A DNA stretch of 64,000 bases from Anthoceros angustus (taxonomy: Eukaryota > Plantae > Anthocerotophyta), in NCBI GenBank assembly GCA_010909165.1, contig MU008165.1, positions 310,001 to 374,000 on the forward strand. Reading direction: 5' to 3'. The position numbers and the translations under genes are program-made. This document shows, one piece after another, positions 12,343 through 23,200 of the stretch. The notes beneath the pieces are model-generated. The model saw only the letters and a program-made list of their open reading frames with translations. It had not been told where the DNA came from and did not search any database. Numbering within the stretch: position 1 is the first letter of the stretch; each line of letters starts with the position of its first letter.

Positions 12343-13451
12343 TGTGGTAGGGAAAACCCTGGGGCGTCCGAGATCCTCCCACTCTAGCGGCCACACTTAT
12401 CCCACTGTCGTTCGTACGTTGGGTTTCGTCCCATGAGACTTGTGGGAGGGTCGAATCCTGAGAAATCACTCGCTACTTGCAGCTACACACTACCTCAGCC
12501 TTCTAAATAAGCAAGGCGCCCTCTACTTTCCCTCTCACAGCAGCTACACCGCCTGCACTGCTCCGAATCTTAACAGTCCTCGACCTATAACGACAACACA
12601 CATTTGCAGGCATGCCTTGGCATCCAGGATTCCTCCACGGGTGCCCAGGGACCCCCTGACCCACACCGCGGTGTCGTCCTTGACACCCAAGCCAGCTCCT
12701 CAGCAGTGGAGCTCCTTCTTCCTCTTTACAGCAGCTGCATCGCCCGCACTACTTCGACAACTCACAAATCCTTCACCTACAACGACATCACACAATTGCA
12801 GGTCATGCCTTAGCAGCAAGGATTCCACCACGTGCGCCCAGGGACCCCCTGACCCGCACCGTAATTTCGTCCTCACTCCTAAGACAAATCTTCTCCACAC
12901 AGGGAGCGCCTTCTTACTGCAGATTTGGGGTTCGTCCCATAGGCTTTGCTTGCGGCCTTCCGTTTTTCTTACACTCTAATCTCTTCCCAACCTTCTCAAC
13001 CAACAATACCTTCTCTTTCTCTACTCATCTATCCTTCCTTCTTCCACAATCTCCTACTCTAACGCCATGACTTGGCTCATTAATCCCAACTCGCCCTTAC
13101 GGCACAACTGCCTGGGGTCCGTTCGAGGTTAACGAGTTCTTCCTTGGGCCGGTTGCTACGTGGTTTGCACCAATCAGCGAGAACCTCCAGGGAGTCTTTC
13201 CCTGTAGTCTACCCTCAAGCCGAAAGTTCCTTGAGCATCGCCACACACTCAAAGCAAAACAATTCACACAGCAACCATTCACAAGGGAAGCAACTGGTAA
13301 GGGTGCCTGCAGAATGCAAGCCCACTGCCCAAGACTGACTGTCACAGACTCTCTACAGACTGCGTTGGCCTACGGTGACGAAATTCACACAAAGCGAAGG
13401 ACTCGGGAGGATGGGAGCGCAAGTCACGATAATTTTACTTCACAAGCTCCC

Positions 13452-13464
13452 TCCTTTTATAGGG
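13452..13464 (-). promoter_or_regulatory. Putative LTR TATA box (CCCTATAAAAGGA)
   Basis: The minus strand reads CCCTATAAAAGGAGGG, a typical plant LTR core promoter context, ~1.1 kb from the element end. Confidence 0.45.
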
Positions 13465-14308
13465 AGGATCCCACGTACTACCTCCCTCTGGCACGCCCTA
13501 CTGGCGCCGCCTCACACCTTATTTTAGTGTATCCTACCGTCAGTCTTTAAGTCCTGACCTCTGGGTCCACCAGTTCATCCTAAGTAAAAGTCTATATCAG
13601 TAATTTTACCTACGTCAGAACTAAGCACTTTTGCAAAAAGCGTCTTCTTATCTAGTCTACACACCACTACTTGACTGCTGGTCATTTATGATTGTCTTCT
13701 CCCAAGGAGAATTCCCTGCGAGCAGTATCATGTCTATGTCACGTAGCTAAATCTAGGGGCTTTCCATGGATTTCCCCTTCCTTCCTATTGGACAGGCGAC
13801 TGCGCGCTGTCCGCTTGGCTCCTCCGCGCTTCTTTTTGCCTCGGGTTCTCCCCCTCTTTTGGCTCCTTCTCCCTTTCGCGGAGTCTGCGCCATCAACCCC
13901 TTCGTCGCTCGTTACGGGCGGCGTCTCTTCGTTTCCTTGCTCTTGCCTGTTGGCGACGCACGTACGGCCTCTTTCTCCTTTCAGGTAAAAGGCACCCTCC
14001 TTGCCCTCTTCTTCTTCACGTATGACAGGGCCTTCGGACCCTGTCTCCTGTCTTGGACCTATGGTGGTAGGTTCCCGACCTACCGAGGTAGGTTGACCAC
14101 CTACCGTGGTAGGGTGGTCACCTTACCTGCAATTTTCTGAGAAAAAGGTCTTCTTGGGTTACAATCTTCTCCGCTCCAGCCTTTGGCCTGATTAGTCCAT
14201 ACCTACCAGGAGCATCTTCGAAGATTGTCTTTTCCTTCGACTGACCTTTCAATTCCTCCGGACCTTCTTAGAGTCCGACTCCTCTCCTGGCTCCGGATCA
14301 TCCCTCCC

Positions 14309-17183
14309 TCACGTGCTAAGGGATTCCTTCACTCCTGCCTCCGCTAGGACGGTCAATGATCCGCCCTTGACGTCCTCCGTCGGCGCTGCCGGTTCCTCCA
14401 TGTGGGCGCCATGTGTAGGGGGCACAGCGCTTACTCCCCCTTTCCCTTTTTCCCTAACCGGGTCTCTTGGACCGGTTGCTTCCCCCGGACCTACGGTCGT
14501 AGGTCCATGTCCTACCGCGGTAGGTTGGCTACCTACCGCGGCGGGATGATCACCTACCGGGGTAGGTTGACCTCCTGCAAGCGTAGGTTGTTCCCCTACC
14601 TTGCTCTCGGCGCCCTCTCCTTCTGCTGGCGCTGGGTTTTCATCTCCTCTTTCCTCCGATCCTTCGGAGTCCATTTCACTTGTCACCTCATCGAAGTCCG
14701 AGGTTCCTGGCTGCACCTGTGACAAAGCCTCCCTGTCATCATCATGAGGCCCAAGCATTCTCCTTTCTGCCAAACGGAGTATCTCATTGTTGGTTTTTAG
14801 AATCCGATTGTGGAGATGTGCTCCTAGACCTTGATATTGCATCTCCAGATCATCCAGTTCGGCTGGCCATTCTCCGTCTTCGTGCCTACCCTTGTAGGCG
14901 TCCCTTGCCATGGTCAGCTCTCCTACTCTCACGTTAAGGACGACATTCTCTTCCTTGGCCCTTGTCAACTCGGTGGTTAATTTAGTTTGAAGGGCATAAT
15001 CTGCCCTGAACCGTCTTTTTCTTACCACCAGCATTCTGTGCACCACCTTCTTGTGATGCTCCTCTTCGCGAGCCCTCTGTTGCTCCAGATCAGCCAATTG
15101 CTGGGCCGATCGTTCCCGTTCCTCTTGCCATGCATTCTTCTCTCTTTCCAGCTTCTGTATTTGGAGGTCTTGCTGAATTAACTCCGTGCTTCTTACCTCC
15201 AAGCTCATCCGGACCCTGCGCAATTCTTCCTCCAAGTCCCGAATCTTGACGGCTTGGGTGGCTAAGACTTGTTCTTGCGCTTCCACCTGTTGAGTTGCCT
15301 TCTCCTCCCTTTCTAGAGCTTCAGATTTTACCTTTCGTTCCTGCTCTAATTGAGCATAGTGGCTCTCAGCCTTCTCCTTCCAAGTGTTGCGCTGGGCGGT
15401 GGCCCTGTGGGCCCTTTCCTCCGTTAGGGACAACTTCCCTTCCATGGCCCTCTCTCGCTGTCGGTGTTCTACAAGCTCCTTGTAGCGCTCTTCCAGCTCT
15501 TGAACCAACTTTGCCGCCTTCTCATCGGACTCCATGGCTTCAAGCTGCCATCGCCTATCCGCTTGGCTGTCCTTTTGTTTTCGGGCTCTAGCAGCCCGCA
15601 TTTCCTCCTGATTCGCTAGGAGGGAGTTGGCCACTTCCCTGGCCTTTCTTACATCCACCCTGCTAAGGACTTCGCAGATATTTATCATTTCTTCGAGAGG
15701 TCCCAATTCCGACCTCTCCAATCCGTCGCCGAGGGTTTCCAGTGCCCTCGCACGCGATGGTTCAGCCTCCTGGCTGATGTGCTCCGTGGTAGGTCCTTGC
15801 GCGGATGCCCCCTCGCCCCTACCTACGGGTGACTGCTGCCTTGTTGCAGCTTTCGGCGTTCCGCGCCGAAGCTCCTTCTCTTCCCTGGCCGCTGGAGGTG
15901 GCCTACCTCCCCCGGTAGGTTGCCTTTTTACCGGCGTAGGCAGCGTAGGCGCCTCCACGGGCCTTCGGCCTACCGGCGTAGGTGATCTACCTACCTCCGT
16001 AGGTTGTCCACCTACTGCCGTAGGTTGCCTACCTACCGTAGTAGGTAGCATGGGTGCCTCTCCTGCTGGCACAAAGGAAATGGTGGGCGCACCCCACACC
16101 CTTGGTAATGGTCCTACCCTGGTAGGCTGCTCACCTACCACGGTAGGTGCATCCAAATACACCACCATTTGGCCTTCATCGGCCTGAATCTCCGGCGTTG
16201 CCGAAGGCAATGTCTCTTCTTCTGGCACGGCTGTCACTTCTTTTTCGGCCCTTGGTCTTGCCGCACTGCTGGAGGATGCTGGTCCTCCCATGGTCCTCCT
16301 CAAAGCAAACGGTACTGGCCTCTCTAGGCTTGGTTGGAGATGGATAATTTCGAAAGGATGCCAAGAGTCTTCTAGCTCCTTGCTCGTCAACAGCCCCTCT
16401 GTCTCCCATAAATGCACAAGGTAAGTGCTAAGGTAACAAGGCCTTGCACTTCCTTCATCTGCTGCGTTAGGCTTAAGGAGCTTCTCCCTATGATGAATGT
16501 AAGCCTCATACATAATAGTTCCCCAATCCGGTTTTGCTCCTCCCACAATCTTCCATAGGAAATGAAGGAAATTGGTGCTGAAATAGGACGTGCGTTGATA
16601 GTTCACCAATCCCAAGACGATCTTGGCAAAGAGCCTCCACTTGAGCTCTTTGATACTCTCCGTTTTCCAGCCATTCTTCGTCTTGGCCTTCATTCCACCT
16701 TCCATGAGGTCTAATACTTCTTGGGGGATATCCACTGTGAGGGACCTTTTTCCCCCATTAGTCCGCTCAATAAGGGCTACACCTGAGTTCTCCTCATCCG
16801 ACCTCCCATAAACTTGGCGAATGCTTGATCGCCCAACATGAGGATCGGGCCCTAGCATTTCTTTCCGGCAGGGCGGCAAGAGCAGTCTCCGATTGATGGA
16901 GGTTGATGTAACACTCCTCAATCAGCTCCAAATTTGTGTAGGCCCACTGGCGGCCATACACCCATCCTAATTGGATGTTCGGCTCCTCTGCCCATGGCCT
17001 GAAATCCACCAAGTCTCGGGGGTTGAGTTGCCCCGCGAAACAGGTGAACTGCGGCATTACCAAGCCGCGGCCTTTTTGAGATGGCCCTTCGGCGACTGGC
17101 CTTTTGCCTCTCCTTGCACCTCCGCCTGAGGCTGAACCCCTCGCAGCTGTTTCCCTTTCTCTGGTTCTGGAACCCCGTGCCAT
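14309..17183 (-). CDS. Retroelement accessory-type protein (~958 codons, one frameshift near 16860): N-terminal globular domain, Pro-rich 7-aa repeats, long coiled coil, acidic tail
   Basis: ATG at 17183 (MARGSRTRE...). The frame runs to ...LAALPE, then shifts into the 870-aa ORF (KEMLGPDP...). Motif IVGGAKPDWGTIM...PCYLSTYLVHLWETEGLLT, VGRQPTA-type repeats, ~300 aa E/R/Q/K-rich coiled coil. Intronless. Confidence 0.7.
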
Positions 17184-18842
17184 ACTGGAAACCGTTGACG
17201 TTAGGATGGAAAACAAGCAAGTTGTGGACGTTTTTCCTGCCACGCCTGCGCTTTGGTTTTCTTCTCCGCTCTTGGCTTCTCGACTTCGGCGCTCCAACCG
17301 CGGAGACTGGTGGCGCCTCCAAGCTTGCCTTCTTCTTTCTTTCTTTGCCGTTCTTCTTTTCCCCGCTCGAGGCCCGCTCCTGCTCTCTTCTTTGACACCG
17401 CTGCTCGCTTGGTTCCTCAACTTCCAGCCCCACCCGCTCGCTTATCTCATATCGATACATCGAAGACTTCTAAGTTTGCGGCGGTGGCGTTGTTTTGCTC
17501 CTTCACTCGGTCACTTGGCCTTGGAGCGTAATACTCTGCATGCGTCAGATCATAGGGGAAGGAGAGAGAGTATGTACAGCCTCGTGCCTGGAGATTCCGC
17601 CACTCTCGGATGCGTGCCACCTGGCTAGTTTTTATCCATAGATCTCCTGCATTACTTCCTAAAAGAATTACTTCTACTTTCAAAACACTAAATCCTGTCT
17701 TGGCCGGGAACGCGGGGTTCTGTCAATCTTGCTTGGCTGATTCGGGCCGAACATATATAGTCCGTTTGTCCTTGGCCGTTGGTGTCTGGAAAAATATTAT
17801 CGACGTTCTTCCTTGGACGTCGGTCTTTTGTCATCCTAATTTGGCCAGATAATTTCCTTGTCCTTGATCCACGGTAATCTGCCAGTTTCGCTTTGTCCTC
17901 GGCCGTCGACGTTTTCGCGCGTTTCCCTGTCCTGATCCGGCTATAAATGTTCTCGCCATTAATTGAGTCGTTTGCCCGACGCCGTCTCCCAGCCTGGCGG
18001 TCCTACGTCCGGACCCGTCCTTGGTACTTCTGACTCTGTCCGTCCTGATTCCCAACTTCTTCACGACCCGCGTTGTACTTGGGCCTTGGTTTCAGCATCC
18101 TGCTCGCGTGCAGTTTACCATCGTAGGTTGCTTCTCTACGGTGGCAGGTTGCTCACCTACCGGGGTAGGTTGGCAGCTTACCGCGGTAGGTTGACAACCT
18201 ACAGGGTCGTTGTCAGCCTACTCTTCTACTCCAAAACCTGGTGCGTCCTAGTTTCTTTTGCCTATTCTGCTTACCTAAACTTTTTGCCTTCCTTAGAGCC
18301 TCAGCGTCAGGAACATCAAAAAGGTTCAGATTTTGTCCAACGCTGTTAGTTTGAGCCAAAGTTGTTCGCCTTTTCCTCGAAAAAAAACGGTGACCCAAAC
18401 TTTTACGTTCCACAAAGTGTTTGCGACAAGCCATCATTGTAGGAGACGGTGTTCCCATGCTCGAAACATCAACCCGCTATATAATGAGTAAATAGTCCTC
18501 CGCAACAATTGGAGATAGAAGTTTCCGTCTACGGATGTTGCCGATGGTCCAACCTATTATTAGGTACGATAGACCAACCTGTTATTAGGATGGTCCGATA
18601 TTGGGGCGACGGACAGAGGGGGCTTCAAACTCCGGCTGGAGTAAGTTCTACACTAGAGTAAGTCCTACACTAGGGATTTTGATATGGAGCCACCCTCGCA
18701 GGACACTAACACTTGGTGGCCCCGCGCTGTGGAGACGAGGGCTGGAGTAAGTCGTACTCTGGGATTTTGATATGGAGTAACCTTGTAGAACACTAACACC
18801 GGGTGGCCCCACGCTGGAGAAGATTGAGGGCTGGAGTAGCCC

Positions 18843-19471
18843 GGCTAGCCGTAAAAATCAGGTGGCCAGGTGCGGGGCCCGCTGACTCCCTCGTGCAGAG
18901 CGGTCATGATCATGTAGTCCATACCCTCTCAATCTGCCATATGAATATGTATATACAGCCACTGCAACTCAGATCACGTCGGACCCAACAAAGGCAACCA
19001 GTTCGCCCAGGACCCAACAAGGGCAACCCGGGTGACGCCAAACCCAACAAGGGACCCAAGGGACCCAACAAGGGCAACTCGGGTGACGTTTAGACACAGG
19101 GTGTAAAAGTGTAAAACATGTGTTTAACAGTCCGACACACAAAATGACGGATTGAGAACGGGACCTCCTTGGTGTAGAGGGTTGATGCGACCACGAACCA
19201 AATAGGTTTCTTTATTTTTGTCTTTTGGTTTGTATATTATTACACTTGTCTTGTCGAATTGTAAGTAAGACAAGTGTAATAATATACAAACCAAAAGACA
19301 AAAATGCCGCTCAAACGAGCCCGTGTCCAATGGAGCCGGTGGCCGGTGAATTGTTGGACTGTATACACGTCTCTACGTCATGGATGTTAATGGCAATGTG
19401 AGAGACATGGACCATAAAGTACACCAATGTCAGAGGCCCCGCACCTGGCCACCTGATTATTACGGCTAAAC
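18843..19471. mobile_element. 629-bp Mutator-like MITE
   Basis: TIR core TAGCCGTAA(A/T)AATCAGGTGGCCAGGTGCGGGGCC (33/34 identical). G...C termini. 10-bp direct repeat GGAGTAGCCC at 18833-18842 and 19472-19481. Non-coding, with internal ggacccaacaagggcaac repeats. Confidence 0.85.
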
Positions 19472-20237
19472 GGAGTAGCCCTGTAGGACACTAACAACCC
19501 GCAGTTGGAGTAGTCCTGTAGGACACTAACAACCCGTGGTTGGAGTAGCCCTGTAGGACACTAACAACCCGCGGCCCCACAGTACAAGAACGGCCCCGCA
19601 GTACAAGAATGAGGGCATAATGTTTATGATGCATTGCTTTGGTATGTACTCTAATACGATGAGCATCCTTTTTCCAGAAATCTGAAAACACTAGTGAAGT
19701 ATCGCAGAAATGAAGTGAATTAAGGGCACCAAAATTGAATAATTATTGGCCAGAACTATTTCTGGCAACAGTTTCCCCTTCCGATCGGAAGGACAACCAT
19801 CAAATTCTTGTGGGAGAGAATATCCAAAATACGACACCTGTAGTGTATCATGCTTCAGAAGAGACCTTCCGAGCGAGAAGTTGTTGAGAGTGAGAGGTAA
19901 AATTTGGCACTTGTAGTCTATCATGCAACTACGTTTCAGACGACGGCGTATGAACCTCTTACAACCACAAATCTACTTCATACGCAAGCAACTTACATCC
20001 CAATTGGGACTTCTACACAGGCGCCAGGGCCCTCTGAAACTCACATCCAAATGGGAGGGTGTCAAAATATGGCGTCGCTCCATACCTCCTGAGTACGAGG
20101 GGGCCACATGCAGCGGCTTCCATCATATATGGCAAACGGGACAATCTAAGAGAGAGATGATCATGGACAAGATGAAGGTAGATGTCACATGCTCTAAAGA
20201 AAGCTTGGGCACCGAGAAGAAATAATTGTTGCAACCT

Positions 20238-23200
20238 TCAGAAAAGCTCTTCCGAATTGAACTTGTTCCACGCTTCCTGTGATTTCAGACTGCATTTAGC
20301 AAGCAGAACCTACAAGTGCAAGAAACTGGTTGACTTAAGGATTAGTACACACGTACCTTTAGAATGTCAAAAACTTTCTCCGCAATGTATTTCTGCTGTA
20401 CTGTTGCCCCCTTCTGCTGCACTTTGTCCGGGTGCACACAAAGAGTTGCTTTCCTGTATGCCTTCTTCACAGCTATTGCACTGATGATGTCAGTCAGGGA
20501 TATAGGCTGCCAACCACATTCAGGCCACAATACCTGACACAGCAGACACTGAGGGTCAGAGAACCAACACACTTTTCCATTTGAATGTCATGAGCAGGAC
20601 TAGGAGGTTCAAACTAGTTCACAGTGGAAACCGAGAGGCATTACATATTGTAGAGTAGAAAGCAGTGCTCGCAGATTCCCTTCCTTTCCCGCAGCCCAAC
20701 GTTTTATTTCCGTATCCAGCACTTCTCCAGCCCTCTGCAACGGGAAACCAAATAGCATAATGCGATAGCAGAGGATAACACGATATTCTCCTGGGGTAGT
20801 CTACACATGAAGTGGCAAGGCAGGGATAGTCTTACATGCTTCTCAGCTTGTTCCCACTGCTGATCCAAATCTCGTTGATTTTTATCTGCAAGTGCCTTCG
20901 CCTGCAACAGGGGAAAGAGGAAGTGTCATTCAGCACTGGAGGTGTTAGAAGTGACAAAGAATGCAAGGATCATCCAAGACAGACAAAGGGCCTTAGCACA
21001 GCACCGCAAGAGAGACATACCGCTCTCTCCAAAGTTCGTTGATGGCGCTCCCACCTTGCTTTTCGCCGGTCGGGAGTCTCTCCCTCAATTTCTTGGAATA
21101 CATCCTGAGATGCAGGAGCTGTCCCAGAGACGAATCTCAGCAGACAGCGACTTGCAGCTTCCATCCGAACCCCCACAAGAGACTTGACCTCATCCTTGCC
21201 AATTTTGGTTTATTCAAAGCCACCTACAACAAAGAGGAACTCACCAAAAAGTGATGTCCAGTCATCAGCAATATTTGTTGACGACGAGACTTTACGCACA
21301 GGAGGCATTGAAGAGGGTCCCCTCCTGTCACTACCAAAAGTTTGACTTGATCGAGTATCAGCTGCATGTTCCTGCAAAAGGTCCCAAACAAATAAGAGTT
21401 AGTAACAATACCTGAGGACATGTCCAACCAGATGGCTGCCACGTCTGCCCTCATACCGAATTCTGTGGCCTCTGCCGTGGCTCACTGTTTGCTCGATTAC
21501 CAAACAGTCTATCCCAGTCAGTTTCGCTCCGGCGTTGCTGGTCCCTTGCTCTCTCAGCAGCATTTCGCTCTGCCTTCTCACGGGCTTCAGCAGCAGCGCT
21601 TTCAGCTCTAGCTCGAGACTCAGCTGCTGCCCTCCTGGCCTCAGCAGTAGCTCTCTCTCGTGCTTCAGCTGTTGCTCGTTCAACCGCGGCCCTCTCCACT
21701 CTCTCTCTGGCCTCATTAGCTGCTCTTTCCCTGGCTTCTGCTGCAGCCCTCTCCACAGCAACTCTTTCAGCTCTCTCTCTTGCCTCGTTAGCAGCTCTTT
21801 CCCGGGCTTCAGCAGCTGCCCTTTCTACGGCAGCTCTTTCAGCTCTTTCCCTCGCTTCATTGGCAGCTCTTTCCCGGGCTTCTGCTGCAGCCCTTTCAAC
21901 CGCAGCTCTTTCAGCTCTCTCTCTGGCCTCATTGGCTGCTCTTTCACGGGCTTCAGCTGCAGCCCTCTCAAAAGCAGCTCTTTCAGCCCTTTCTTTTGCT
22001 TCAACCGCTGCTCTTTCACGAGCTTCCGCTGCAGCCCTCTCTACAGCTGCTCTTTCTGCAGCCCTGTCTTTCTCACGTTCTCTTTCTCTTTCCTTCAAGC
22101 GCTCTCTTCTTTGCCTCTCCCTTTCCCTCTCCTCCCTGGCTTCCCTCTCTTTCTCTTCTCTCTCTCTTGCCTCTCTCAGTTTCTGCTCTCTCGCTTCTCT
22201 TTCCTCTCTCTCTCTTGCAATGGCCCTTGCTATCATTGCCTCTCTTTGCTTCTCTTCCCTGTCTTTCTCCCTTGCTTCCTTAGCTAGTCGGAACTTCACA
22301 TCTCCTCTCTCTGAAGCATCCTTCATGGGTGGAGATCCAGCACCTTCGCGATCACCGTGCCCTTCCTCCCCTTGCAAATTTGGGGCTCCAGATTTGTGTA
22401 AAACTCCAGCCACAAACTCCTCTAGCCCATCTATACCCCTTGCAGCAGCTTCCTTCATTACATCCTCGGCAGTACCTGGTGCCCAAGGTGGAGAGGCAGC
22501 CTGCTGGCGCACTTGCACAGGAGGAGCTTGCCATGGAGACTCACTATTGAACTCCGCCCCATCATTGTCAAACACTTCTTCAAACGAAAATGCTTCCTTT
22601 TCATTTCTAAGTTGTGGTGCTTGCCGGGACGGCGGGGGCACTGTTGAGGGTGTTGTGACGAGCTTGACTTCCTCAACAGTCAACCAGGTCTCTTCAGGAA
22701 CAGGTTCCACTCTCTCTTTCTCCGATGGTATTGAGGGGGGGCTTGCAGATGCCCCAAAGAAGGCAAATCCAGACTCATCCTTCATGCTGGAGTTTGTAGT
22801 TGAACTCCCTGTATCCTTTTGACGGTCCTTCGCTGGGCGTGATGTCCTCAGGAGATAAGAGGCTTCAATTGGCTCAGTGTCAGATACTGAAGCAGATTCC
22901 ACACTTGATCCAAATAAAGGAAACCCAGATCCTTCCCGGAGACTGGCTTCTGTAGCCAAGTCCCCAGTATCCTTCCGCCAGACATTCTTGGCTGGGCGTG
23001 CTGATTTTGTGAAGTAGGCAGGTTCGACTGTCTCTGGCTCTGGAAACACCGGTGAGGTATCGCCACCTGAGCCAAACAGAGGAAATCCAGATCCATCCTT
23101 AAGGCTGGAATCAGATGCCAGCCCTGCATTATCCTTCCGTCGCCCTTCCTTTATAGAGCGTGATGAAGGTGGAAAATAGGAATCATATGTTGGAGTAAAT

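Larger units (their letters stand above)
12343..18414 (-). mobile_element. 6,072-bp TG...CA element with 5-bp TSD; putative giant solo LTR carrying an accessory ORF
   Basis: Starts TGTGG (12343) and ends CCACA (18414). TSD AAGTG at 12338-12342 and 18415-18419. Imperfect terminal inverted repeat (15/21 matches). The insertion splits one unit of the host repeat (aagtg|tttgcgacaagccatc). No gag/RT/integrase/transposase motifs and no internal copy of either end were found. Confidence 0.8.

Noticed and set aside
21535-22822. Long plus-strand ORFs (250 aa, 320 aa) rich in S/L/A
   Set aside because: Antisense shadows of the repetitive ER/A exon of the auxilin gene.
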